Of a stretch of DNA of 64,000 nucleotides, positions 12,559-25,013 are shown in pieces. A program made the position numbers and the translations under genes. Numbering within the stretch: position 1 is the stretch's first letter; each line of letters begins with the position of its first letter. The notes beneath the pieces are model-generated. The model saw only the letters and a list, made by a program, of their open reading frames with translations. It was not told the DNA's origin and did not search any database. Source of the stretch: Bigelowiella natans CCMP2755 (Eukaryota; Protista; Cercozoa); the NCBI GenBank assembly GCA_000320545.1, contig ADNK01000407.1, positions 20,834 through 84,833 on the forward strand. The letters run 5' to 3'.

Positions 12559-14535
12559 TTATCCGCAGAGAAAACAAAAGAATCGACGAAGTGAATTGCA
12601 AACCTTAGAATAGAATCCAGGCACGTTCGCATAAAACAAGATGAAAGCGTTTATAGTCACCAAGAGCCAAAAGGGAATATCATCTTCGAAGCTGTACGAA
12701 TTGCTGTAGAACGTCTCCTGGACGAAATCGTCGAACCTTTGATTCTCTCTAAACCTGATGAATCCCACGAACATCCCTGCGACACCAACCACAGGACACA
12801 AAACAGCCAAAAATGCAAATACTGAGCTGAGATATTTTCGTGTGGCTGCTAGTCGCTGAGCTTCGTCGTTCGATGCTCTTGTAGGTGTGTGTGTGGCACG
12901 GGGAGAGCTGCCGCTCAGATGAGAAGATGGCTTGAACATCGTCGCTTTTTTCATCATCTTATTTTCAACAACGCCATTGCCCTTCTCGGTAGTATGCGAA
13001 GACTCCAAATTAGCCCCGCTCGCTGCTCCCACAGTCACAGTCCTCATCATGGAAGAATGGTTGCTCAAATTCGAAGGAGGATCTTCTCCCCCAGAAGTAT
13101 TGCTCTTTTTCTCTTCACCTGCTGCTGTTATTGCCGCTGCTGCTTTCGGTGGTAATTTGCCAGTAGTCCTAAGCTTGGGCTCTATCGCCACTGCTAGCCT
13201 CGTTGATGTGGGACTTTTCTTCCCCTCGGAGGTCGTTTTGCCAGTCGATGCGAAGAGGGTGGTGGTTGAATGCTCATCGATCAAATTATTGTTGCTGTTC
13301 GTGTGGGGAAGAGGAGGCACAGGGAGTGCTATTATTTGATCCGTGACCGCGCCACTGCTTCCTCCTTCTTCTGTTCCTAACTCTCGTGATGATGTTGCTG
13401 CCGCTGCTTGTTTCCTATGGCTACTACCACTTTGGGCAGGGAATGATGACTGCCTGTCTGATGCGATATCAATCGGATTCCGCTGTTGTTTACGCTGCCT
13501 ATCCCGCTGCTGCTCTGTAGTCGCAGAGCGGACCTGGTGTAGTGACAGCTGCTTCTCAGAGTTCAGAATCGTCCGCAACAAGCTGATCAAAATGTAGGGT
13601 ACAGATAAACTTAAGAAGGAAGTCGTGCTGGTTTGTAGACAAAATGTTTTTTAGGACAGTGGATCGTGAAAGAGTTGTTTGTATGGTACTTACACGTAGA
13701 AGAGATAGCCGGATATGATCCCAAAGATTACAAAGATTAGCGAAATTATTATAATAGATATGCCATTCCATCGAGTTTCATTTGTGATCAAGCTTGCAGC
13801 CACAACTAACGTGTTCCCTGCCAACAGAAATGTGACGATCGCAGCATAGAGTTTCCAATAGGGCACGTCGAGTGATCTAAGATGAATCCTTTGGACCGCC
13901 ATTGCTGCTGTAGTCATGATGCCAAATATCTGCAAGGAAACCATGAATCATCATCCTCCGCTGCTACTACCACTCCCATTCATCGGATTCATATGCATGA
14001 CGAAGGGATACTGTTTCTGATGAAATTTACGACTGCTTATCTAGTTTTTACAGCATATTGTGGATCATGATGGCGTGACCATGAACCCAATTGGCAAAGT
14101 TCCAAGTACACGGAAGATCACGAAAGCTTGCCAGGGGATTCCAATATAGAACCTGGAGTAGAGAAAAACAACTTTGATCATATTGTCAAAACATAATTCG
14201 TTGATACTGCAAATAAGTGGGTACTTACAATACGAAGAATATGTTGCCCACGATACACTCGCTTCAGTTGTGAATCCATGTATACGAAAGATGATGATAT
14301 CTCAGAAACTTTGCAGACGTTTTAAATGGAATGTCGATCTTACAGGATGGCCCCACGATGAAGCCAACGTTTAGTTCTTAAGGAGCAGTTGTGGAGCAGA
14401 AGCAAGACGCCCCATACCAGTTCAATCTCAATTAGCGCAATTTTAATCGTATTTGACACCACCCAACCAAGTGCCAGCCTTCTTCCCCCATTCGTTTCGA
14501 CCATTTGTGCGCCGAGAACTACTTTTTGTAGTCAT
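12559..14535 (-). CDS. Multi-pass membrane protein with GPCR-like topology and a long Ser/Thr-rich loop
   Basis: Successive hydrophobic segments (FYIGIPWQAFVIFRVLG; IFGIMTTAAMAV; LYAAIVTFLLAGNTLVVAASLI; ISIIIISLIFVIFGIISGYLFY), a polar loop of about 240 aa, then YLSSVFAFLAVLCPVVGVAGMFVGFI and IPFWLLVTINAFILFYA, ending in a Cys-rich tail. 5' exons uncertain. Confidence 0.65.
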
Positions 14536-14952
14536 TAGTGCATCTCTAGTAGAGTCAGCGCGCCCGATCTTCACAAACTTGAGCAATCATTCGAACCAAG
14601 GTAATTCCACCTGAAATTTCCCTTGCCAAGACAAAAAACAAAACAATAAAAATGTCGGGAAGCCAGAGATTTGTGCTGCTTTTTGTCCACGGGGCAGCGT
14701 CATCCTAACTTCGATCTCACTTCAACGGCAGCTTTTAGGCAAATTCGTTCAAAACAGACCTTTGTGTCTGGGCATTTGGGCATTTGGGCATTGGAGGCAT
14801 CTTCTAAACAACATATTTTCCACAAAAAAAAACGCCGATTTTTCGCAGAAAAGATCATATAAGAATACGCGACAACACGTCTTCCTTGTCGCACATTTAT
14901 TTAGATAAAATGAAAGCAGCGAAGTTACGATCTGAAAGTTCTTTGGGATTAG

Positions 14953-15092
14953 GATTTACGATTTTTTCGGGACAACCAATGCACATCTAAATGATATTCT
15001 TGATCATAGAATTTACGAAGTTTTCGGTACAATAAATGTCTAGATATTGTTGGTCAAATAATTTTAGATATTTTTGGTATAATAAATGTCTA
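14953..15092. repeat. Degenerate tandem repeat, about 2.6 copies of a 50-58 bp AT-rich unit, in a divergent promoter gap
   Basis: atttacga..ttttcgg.acaa..aatg..cta..gatatt.ttg.tca recurs at ~14954, ~15011 and ~15061. Confidence 0.65.
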
Positions 15093-15135
15093 TTAGCTTA
15101 CTAGCGCCAGAGGTGGATTGACGCCACTAGGCCAG

Positions 15136-15930
15136 ATGGACGGCGTCGAGGCCGTCGAAGACCCGCCCCTCTCCCCAAGACCATTGATTCCAGCCTCAGA
15201 ATTGGGGGTTAGCGGTGACGTCGACGATGATGGTGATGGGGTCGTTGAGGGTTCCAGTCGTTTAAGTAGCATCAGAGCGAATTGCGGAAGAATTCTTAAT
15301 GACAACTGCTCTGAGGCCCTCTACGTGGTAAGCGGCGACGATAAGAAAACCCAGTTATCATGCATGCATGCGCTTAAACGCTCTTCGCTTAGGAGAGAGT
15401 TTTCAGACTTCCTTCTCCACAGTCCTTCGTTCCAATGATTATGGCATAGAGCGCATTGAGATTACCACCTCGCCCCAGTGAATTATTAATCTGAAACAAC
15501 TCCCCTACAGATCGCCTGGTTCACATGCAGCATTTTGTTCTCTCTTTACAACAAAGAAGTTTTAGGAGAGAAGGTAACGAAACAAAAGGAAAGGGGGAGG
15601 CAACAGTAGACGTGCATGCAGAAACACAAACACGCGAACGCAAACACGAGCACAAACACACAACACCTTGCTTTTATACTCCAGAACCTCAAGTTTCCTT
15701 GCCCCCTGCTGCTGACGTCGTCGAATTTTGTATGGCAATGGCTGGCGGCTGCCATCTTCGTGAAGAGCTACTCACGTGTTGGTCGCGTGATTTTCCTTCC
15801 TCATTTAGCGAGAAGAAGAAGAAGAAGAAGAAAAAGAAAAAGAAGGGGAAAATAGCAAGAGAAGAAGGAAGAGAGAAGAAAGCAATACGATTTGAAAATC
15901 ATAAGGAGTGTATAATGCCACATTATCAGG

Positions 15931-15981
<51 letters not shown>

Positions 15982-18440
15982 CAATGCGTAGAATGTTATA
16001 TGCAATGTGTATCCATAAAACATTTGTGTATGGGTGTGTGTTTCATTTATCATCATCATCATCATCATCATCATCATTGCAGGATCCATTGTGCAGCGTT
16101 CTGTGCCTGAAATATCGTGGGAAACCTATGGTTGGACGACTTATTGTTCTTGTAGTAGTAGCAGTAGTTGTAGGGTGATGGGAAGGAATGATTGAGGGGA
16201 GAAGAGGCGTGTGGGAGGACAGAGTTTCGATGTTGAAGATGAGCATGAGTTTGATGAAACAACATACAAACGGCTATTTGGCTGTGCGTGAACAGAACCC
16301 ATGGAACGCAGAAAATTTGGAAGAGAGGGACACAATAACATAGTATTACACCTAAAAATTTTTCCTATTACTTCGTGGTACTGTTGCTTGCGGTGATGGT
16401 CTGGTGTTGGTAAAGGATCGAAAGTGCTGCCATGCGCTATTGGACTCGCTCTGGTTGTTGTTGTTGTTGTTGTTGTTGCTGCTGCTGCTGCTGCTGACAA
16501 TGATGATATTCTTATCAATAATGATGATGACGATGATGATGATGACAATGACGACGATCATGATCATCAAGCGCATAGTTGTGGTCAAATTTGAACAACA
16601 CCATCTAATTTGTTGCAAATCCTAATACACACACACACACACACACACACATACACACACATTCACTCATACAATATATTTATAGTACATTTGTGTGTGT
16701 GTGTGTGTGTGTGTAAGTATGTTATGTATCTTTAAATCAGGATATTGCATTGTCGAATCTCTCTCTGGTGCACGTTACCGGTTTTACACACACACACACA
16801 CACGCACGCATGCACGCACGCACACTCACTCAGTCACAAATACATACACAGACACACATACACAGGACCTGAGATGAGGATGTTGTCTATTGCTAGAGTG
16901 TGAGAATCACCCTTCCAACAGCATTGATAGAGTGTGCATTCGTTGATTCCGCAGTCTCATTCTACACAATGGTCAAGGCGACAGCACCAATATTTGCCTT
17001 GGTAAATGTCTATGCACACACACACACATATATAAATAAATAAATAAATAAATAAATAAATATACATGGAAATGTAAATATTATTGTGTGCGTGTACTGT
17101 GTCGTGATTCTGCTGCATTTTCGTCGATCATGCTTGTTTGTGCTTGAATAAAAAAGAAATTATGACAGCATCAACTGAATATTATTTCCCGGCACGAAAG
17201 GCCATCTCTTAGAACAAAGAATCACAATCTTTCCACTTGATTCACAAAACCAGAATTCGATAAATCGTTCCAGCTTTTTTGTAACTCTATTTAATTTTTG
17301 GGTTTCTTTGTGTTCCTGCTATTTTGGTTGGTTTCCCCGGGTAGTTTTTCGGCTTACTTATGGGCCTGGAGGAGCCCGACGCGAAGGTACATCTTAGAAC
17401 CCTGGCCTACTACTTCGTCTAGTCAAACAACGAATAGATACTCTTGAGGAGGATTTCGTATCTTCTTCATCATGCGACAAGGAGAGCAAAAAAGGACACC
17501 GACCTCGTCACCACCACTATTATCTTGATCTTTGATGTCTTCCTTTGTGTCCCCAACTTTTGCAGGTGTTTGGCTCTGTAATTCTTATCGTTCTGGGCCT
17601 TTTCATGGCGACTCAGGTTGTTGATTGGCAATCTATCATCAATGCTAATATAAAAAAGATGATGACGCAAACTATCATTTCTATGGTAGTGGTAGTGGTG
17701 GTGGTGTGGTGGTGGCATTGCTGCTGAAAGACGTGTGGTAAATGTTACAGTCGTAGTCTACTTGTAGTAGGTAGTTATTGTACAAGAAACAAGTTGGTGT
17801 ATATTGGCAAAAAATGGCTGCTGAGAGATTTGCTGTTAGATTCATAGACAGCCTCTTCCATGTGTCTTGTTGTCCTATGATCACACATCATCACCATCAC
17901 CACCACATCGACGACATAACAATTACTTATGTATCAGGGGAACTCTGAGTTCAACATGACCGGATTCTTCCTTGTCTTCTTCGCGACAGTACTACTTATA
18001 CTTGCACTAGTAGTCGCAGCAGAATTAGTAGTAGCGGTAGTAGCGGTGGTAGTGATAGTAGTGGTAGTAGTGGTATTAGTGGTAGTAGTAGTAGTAGTAG
18101 TAGTAGTAGCGATATGACGGTATTACCACAAACCTGCACCCCATCAGATCGGATTATGTTCACGTTAGATTCTGTTTATTATTCAGATAATCTCTGGCCT
18201 CCGTTGGAACCTTTTGCAGATTTTAGTGCAGGGAGAGGAGTCGCTCCCCACCCCGATGCACGTGTTGGAAGTCGTGGCCCCCATCTCAGGGGTAGGAGGA
18301 AAGGGAGGAAGAAGCGGCGGGGGGACAAGGGGGGAGGATGTCGCACCAGCATCGACAGCAGGAAAAAGAAGAAATAGAACAAGTGGAGATTAGCCGTGGC
18401 GAATAGAAGACAATAAATAGATAATAAACATGGATTAAAC

Positions 18441-18494
<54 letters not shown>

Positions 18495-20126
18495 TGTTTG
18501 TGTGTCCCTTGTTTCCTCCTTTTCTTCTCGCCTCTTCCCCTGTCGGCATAGGTACTGATATTGGTGTTATCACTGTTATTCGAGACCCCATGGGTAGCGA
18601 ACTAACAAACTAACTAACAACAACATGACGACGTGTGCAGACAGAAAAATGAAGAAATAATTTTCATGATAGTGATAGTAAGGGTGTTAATGATTATAGT
18701 AAGCTTACAGGATTCTTTTTCCTTTCCCTCCTCCTTTTCCTCCTCCTCCTCCTCCTCCTTTTCTACGTTTCCAATCGTTGTCATCGTTGTCATGTTCCCG
18801 TCTTTCCTTCTCTTTGCCACATAAATAATTCCATCTCGTCTTTCCTTCTCCTTGCCACATAAATGATCCTCTTCTTCCTTCCCCAATATCTGGTCGGTTA
18901 ATCACTCTCACTAGGATGGGGCACTGAACCCGTTCTTCGATTCTCTGAAGGGATGGGAGGATATATCTCTTCTCGGTAGTAAATACTACGAGCGCCGATT
19001 CCTCACGGGAATCATATGTGAATCAAAGCTTGCCCTTTTCATGATTGTAGTCACACAATATCATTGTTCTGTTGTTCCCTCGCGTTGTTGCTGCGTTTCA
19101 GTGACTATGGGCGGGTTCTTAGCTATAGGCCTCTCCCTTTCGAGTTTGTGCGTGCTCCAACGAACAAGGTGTGGCGGAGAGGACGGGCAGGAAGGGGGGG
19201 GGAAAGAAGAAGAAGGGGGCGAAGAAGAAGGGGGCATTTGAAGAAGGGGGCTATGGTTGAAACCACGTCGTCATGTTAAACCTTTGTGCACTTTTCTGGA
19301 AAGGTTCCATAAGCATATGCAGATATAATTCAATTTAATAAGTTAATAATCACGAGAACATCTAAGGCGACATACTAATGACTTTACCTTCTTCAACACG
19401 GACATCTAGTGTGCTGATGTTTATGGCTTTTGGGGCCCTCAAAGAAGTGTTAACCGTTTGCTTTTCTGGTATTGCTCTTTATATCTCTTATCTGCCTTTT
19501 TTTGCACACGCATGCTACACACAAATACACACACACATTAACATACATACATACACTCACAAAACTCACCACTGCCCATCATCCATATTAATCGCCCTTC
19601 AGTACATCAATCCACTACTTTCCCCTCCCTCTTTCCTCATCCTCCTCTTCGTCCTCCTCCTCCTCCCAATCGCAGTGCTTATATACGGCGACGTAATAAC
19701 AACAAATTCGGTGTTTGGAATGGTACTAGTCTTGATGGGCGTGGTTCTCTACAAATACCACAGGCATAGTCGGTACGTGATCGGTATTGATAAGTAGTTT
19801 GTGGATCGATTTGCTTTTATATCCATCTTGGAATAACTTATGCCATTCGGTTGGAAAACTTCTGGAACAACCGATTATTTAATCTCTTAATCGCGGCATG
19901 ATTTTGTAAAATCAGGAGCCATCAGCATCAGGAAACTACAGAACTTAGTCCCTCCATACGTAACAATGTCGCTTATGAGGTGGCCAGCAGTATTAATAGC
20001 GGCGTCAATGGCAGATCACCATCTTCCCAAGTCGTCAAAAAGGATAATAATGGCCCTCCAACCAATCCGATGGAAAAGAAATCGCTACTAGATCCGCAAA
20101 GCCGTACCAGTTTTGATGAGATGTAG
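15136..20126 (+). CDS. Nucleotide-sugar/triose-phosphate transporter family protein (SLC35C2-like), many exons
   Basis: Exons IAWFTCSILFSLYNKE, LKFPCPLLLTSSNF, DIALSNLSLVHVT, VSFYTMVKATAPIFAL, FFGLLMGLEEP, EFNMTGFFLVFFAT, TSSVLMFMAFGALKEVLTV, VFGMVLVLMGVVLYKY. Final exon open to TAG at 20124-20126. Confidence 0.9.
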
Positions 20127-20156
20127 CGTCGGTAGCAAATATGCTGCATTCATCAG

Positions 20157-20199
<43 letters not shown>

Positions 20200-20207
<8 letters not shown>

Positions 20208-21000
20208 TGTCAGTCACTAAACAACAAAATTTGCACGCATCATCATCCGCACACGCGTGCATCTCTAGATCTGCATGTCTAGACGTGCTAGCGTGGACCA
20301 GATGTGAGTGCAGCAGCAGCAACAACTCATGCACGCATCTAGACATCTTGCTGCGCACAATAGCAACTGCTAGACTGGTTCAAAAATTTCGTCATGAAGA
20401 TTCACTCGCCTCACCGGATGCACAAAATTTCTCTCACAATTGCGCGTAGCGCCTACAAGCAAGCCCGTGACAGTGTCCAGACCTAGAGACGTCAATCGAA
20501 AATGACTGCTTGAAAAGTCCATCACGTCATGCTAGCTAGCTAGCCTAGCACAGCTACAGGCAGCATGCATCGCATGCGAGCCAAAGCTAGCAAAGCGCGG
20601 TGGCAGCCTTTTCATGTTCCGGTTCACCCGTGCATTGATTCTAACATAACAAAGTGTCATTCTTTGGCAAATTTGAAGCATGTGACTTTGTTGAGCTGTC
20701 ACCGCACTCTCACACAACCAGACCCAGAAACTAGCAGCCAAGCTAGCTGTCGATCTGACCAGGCGTGCTAGCGTGCTAGCGTGCTCTGCAACAACACAAC
20801 GTTCAATGTTTTTGAATGATGTGCTAGGATACTTTTCTCGTCCGCTTCCTCCTTGCAATCGTGCTATGTCACTTTCTCACAGCTCCAATCGTTCCACATG
20901 CGTCCCCGCCTGCTGTCTAGCTGTTCCCTCATCTCGTCTCATCCCGAGAGTTGCAAATGGTGGTCACCCAGCTTCCCGAACATGTTGTAGCTAGAATCAC
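20200..21000. other. CTAG/CATG-rich intergenic tract with context-restricted TpA
   Basis: 27 TA in 20221-21000 by manual count, 25 of them in CTA/TAG context; (CTAG)n run at ~20531. Confidence 0.8.
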
Positions 21001-21229
21001 GGGGATGTTTAATGTGCGACATGTTAGTTAGTTTGAATGTAGAAGAAAAAAGGAGATCTGGGAGGGCAGCAGCAGAGCAACAACAGCATTAGTTAGATCT
21101 AGTTGTTATTCTGTTCGCATCCTTAACAACAATAACAACAACAACAACAACACCCGCATTCGCCGGCTGCGGCTGCAACTCGTCTGCACAGGGCACCGAA
21201 GTGCTCCTTCCACTCGGATCGTTTGCCAC

Positions 21230-22836
21230 ATGCACAACAGGGTGGATTCCGAGGCAGTACAGAGGAAGAGAAGAGATGCAAAACGGGGTTGTGAACATGC
21301 ATTCGCGTTTCTCGGGGGGACTCAATACAACATGCCCCTTTCTTTTCTTACACGTTCATCAGGCACGAAGATTTCTTTGGACGGAATCTCGGAGGAGGAG
21401 CTCGGGAAAAGAATTTTTCAGGTAATAGCGTGGCATGAAGTGTGTCTATTTGTGCAGCCCTATAATTAATTTTTGCCAGATGGGTGAGATCGAGCTGAAG
21501 ACCTCGCAGGAGATACGTCCTGCAATTATGGGAAATAAGTGAGGAACTGTTTATACAACTCAGTCTTTCACTCTCCCACACATTGATTATGTATTTCAGA
21601 AAGGTGTCCATAAAAGTTCGAACCCTAAATTCTGACTTCACATGTCCAATCTGCCTTGGAATCTTACGGGATACAATGACGGTTATGGAATGTCTCCACC
21701 GCTTTTGTCGGGAGTGCATCGAGCTTTCGATCCGAATGGGGCAAAAACAGTGTCCTGCCTGCCGTAAGCTTCTTACCCTTCAACATAAAATTTGATGAAA
21801 GCCCGACTAATGATAAACATTCTTTCTCTCCTGTATTCCAGGTACAAGAGTTCCGTCTCGAAGGAATTTGAGAAAGGACGAGTATTTTGACTCACTAATT
21901 GCCAAGATCTATCCCGACCTAGACAAGGTTTATAAACCCGTTTTTAGCGTTTTTAACCCTTGCCATAAGTCAACTCATCAGATCAGCGAATATAGACGTA
22001 CCAAAATATGAATGCTGTAGGTATCCGAGGAAGAGGAAAACGAGATTAACCAACTCATATCGGAGCACAACACTGGCGCATATATTGAAAGTGTGGAGCA
22101 AGGGTCAGCTTCTTTCTACCAACGAATGTAGTTCGACTCCATGTAAATTTACGCACTATACATAGGTGCAGGACGCAAGATTCTACACGAAGGACACGGG
22201 TTGAATTCACTGGGGGCGGAAATTCAAGACATGGTTCCAATAGGAAAGGGAAATCATTCCGAGGACGTCATGTCGCCAAGCCTAAAGTACCAGTTTGTTT
22301 TAATTTACTTCAAATAACTTAGTTCCCTAACGCCATTGTTGTTCAAAGGATATGAGGATTGGATTCCGCATGCAACCAAATGAAGATGCAAAGTATCCAT
22401 TACCAAGATTGCAGACTAAGTCGCACAGCATATTCATTATCCTCCTTAATATTCTCATAACATTAAACTTTTTTTATTTGCAGGTACTTACGTTGCTTAA
22501 GATCGGCCACAATCTCTCAGATGCAGTCTTACCTTAACATCAAATTCGAAAGAAAGGGTCCGTTCGAAATATCGTTAAGAAAAAATAGAAGGTGACTCCC
22601 TGTGATATCTGTTCCAATCAAGAAATTGAAAATCGTGTAATTACTTGTCGATCAGAATAATTTGCCAAGATCATCAAACGTTGGATGAAATTGCGAAAAT
22701 GGCTGAAGGGTACACTGTGATTACACTTCATTCCTAAGCATCGAAGGCATAAATTATGTAATTTAGGGAGGATCTCGTGCTTGAGTACGCTTTACAGCGC
22801 AGAGATAGAAGTCAGGAAGGCGTATCGAAGGCATAA
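21230..22836 (+). CDS. RING1: Polycomb PRC1 RING1/RNF2-type E3 ubiquitin ligase with RAWUL-like C-terminus
   Basis: TLNSDFTCPICLGILRDTMTVMECLHRFCRECIELSIRMGQKQCPACR|TRVPSRRNLRKDEYFDSLIAKIYP matches the RING1 signature. C-terminal LPRLQTK|YLRCLRSATISQMQSYL...QTLDEI...LVLEYAL is RAWUL-like. Confidence 0.9.
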
Positions 22837-22949
22837 TAAGGTTAAGAAATGTTCATGTTCTTAATCTTCGAGCCACATGTTCTGTTGTAATGTAGCAATA
22901 AATTGATACGTGATCGCATTGGACCCAAAACGTTGGTAGGTGTGTTCGA

Positions 22950-23870
22950 CCGTGTCCTATCGGTACATAGTACGTAGCTTGCCCTGGCACGCAGCATGGC
23001 GCATGTAGCATCGCATCGGCCAGTTCTAGCTCTGGAGCAACTGCTAGGATTGCAGAAGACTATAGGGACTTATAAGACTTCTAGATTTGCACTAATCGAC
23101 GAGATATCTACGATCGCGATGGCACGGTGCGGGCCACATCTACAGAAAATCACAAAATTTGAGCTTTTTGATGCGTCTAGCGTGGCCAATTGTTGCCAAT
23201 GTTGCCATTTTTTTCAATGATTTCATTTCACAACATTGCGCTGCTCAAATGCATGAGCATGAGTGTGACAAAATGCAAGTGCAGCGCACGCACAAGCATG
23301 CAAGGCTGTGCAATATGCCAAGCTAGACATGCTACACAGCATGAGCGATCGAGCAGCAGAGCTATATAGCTAGCTAGCTAGCCTAGTAGCGAGAGCGCAG
23401 CTAGCTCTAGCTAGCTAGCTAGTTAGTAGAGCGCTAGAGCGCACGTACCAGCGTAATCTAGCAACATATAACGAACGACATCTAGACATCTAGATGTGCT
23501 ACTGTATAGTATGGTTAGACGACAAGTATGTACTAGTGTAGATGGAATCAGCTGCACATAGTCAGCTACGTACGTACATGTTTGACATTGCCCATCGTAG
23601 ATTCCTATCCATCATTGCTACTAGTGCATGCAGACTTAACACAATGAGGAGTAGTCTTGAAGTGCATGCGCATGAACCGTGCACATCTAGCTCAACAAAC
23701 CACCATCATGCTAGCTAGCTAGCATGGTAGCATGTCTATGACATGTGTTAATATCTAGACATGTGTGCTCAGCTCTTCGCAAGTTCATTGTACATCATTT
23801 TCATCATTGCTGATCATCTACACATCTACAATTGGTGCAATCAACATAGACTGTCATTACACGTGTTGCT
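22950..23870. other. CTAG/CATG-rich intergenic tract between convergent genes
   Basis: (CTAG)n runs at ~23368-23425 and ~23710, acatctagacatctagatgt, and long TA-poor stretches (23160-23310). Confidence 0.75.
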
Positions 23871-23987
23871 TGTAAAGAGGGACAGAATGTGGAAAATGCA
23901 GCGTTGGTTCACGTGATTGAGATTTATGAACACTAGAGAATATTTTCTAAGAGTAAATTGCATAGTGGCATTGCCTCCTCGTTAAAT

Positions 23988-24410
23988 CTACTCGTCCTGC
24001 TTAGGAGGTTGGGGATAGAAGACAACATTTGGCTTCCCCTTCCTCTGGCGACAGTTTCCGTAGCTCTTTGCAAATCTCTTGCCTTTCTTGGTTCTCTTAT
24101 CACCCCGACCGAATACTGCCACGTCACGCACCATTGCTCCTATAAAAGTTAATTTGGAAATGATACTAATTCTGCTCTCATATTTTTAAGATGTAAAGCT
24201 CTCTACAAACGCACCTCGAACTCCATACATTGGCACCGAGACGCTGTTCCTGCTCGCGACACCCAATTCTAGTTCTGATCTTTGCGTCCCAGTGCTCCAA
24301 ATAGCAGCTACAATTAGAATCACAGCTAGTACTGCAGCTGCAAGGGCAAAGAAGCTCCTATTGGGCTTCGTCGGGGCATGAAGGGTAGGGGTCGCAGCAC
24401 CGTACATCAT
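23988..24410 (-). CDS. PSRP4: Plastid 30S ribosomal protein PSRP4/bTHX (S31) with bipartite plastid-targeting leader
   Basis: Removing intron 24140-24214 (GT-AG) gives MMYGAATPTLHAPTKPNRSFFALAAAVLAVILIVAAIW...GVRGAMVRDVAVFGRGDKRTKKGKRFAKSYGNCRQRKGKP...DE*. GRGDxxTxKGKRF..S[FY]GN is the Thx/PSRP4 motif. Confidence 0.9.
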
Positions 24411-25013
24411 TTTGTGACGAGAGGGAAAGGAGCCGGGGTCGTCAACCGGGTATTGGCAGGGGAAACCGGAAGTACAATGTTTCATCTCCTCAAAACTCTC
24501 GAAGATCTGGGCCTTTGCGGCAATAACGTAGGGTCAAGCGCGTGACTTCTTTGAACATACATGGCCTTTTTGGAAAGTCTTTGTAAATTCTGAGGCGTTT
24601 TGCTACAAATTTCTGATATCTGAATCTCCAGGAATCTCCACACGTGATTAAGATCTTTCTCGGCACAGCATCAAGAAAATCAGAAAAGGCATCGTTTTAA
24701 AGAAAAGCGACAAGCATATGTGATTATATTCCAAAACCCAGTTGCCCTCATCTATCTGCAGTTACGAATTCGGGAAACGGTCAGGCCCGAGGGGGGGTGA
24801 ATGGAGATGCGTTGAGGATACCGTTGTCCGCACTTCACGGGGATTGTTCAGTATATATCTAGAAAGTTTCGCAAAGCGGTTGCAGAGGCAAGAGTGAGTA
24901 ATTTTAGACGTTCGACAACTTCATGTTCGCCAACACTGCACTAACTTTTAATTCTCCTATCTTCGAGATGTTTTCATTATCGCTTAATTGATTTTGAACC
25001 TCATGTACATTAG

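Noticed and set aside
15525-16877. ORFs with polyK, YIYIYI, CVCVCV and polyL/M runs
   Set aside because: Translations of intronic microsatellites within the SLC35 gene.
20035-20994. Overlapping short ORFs in the intergenic tract
   Set aside because: Same stop-codon depletion artefact; C/H/M/A-biased composition and no motifs.
22950-23870. Intergenic tracts as MITEs or other transposons
   Set aside because: No terminal inverted repeats, target-site duplications, transposase remnants or inter-tract homology could be identified by eye. Kept as compositional features only.
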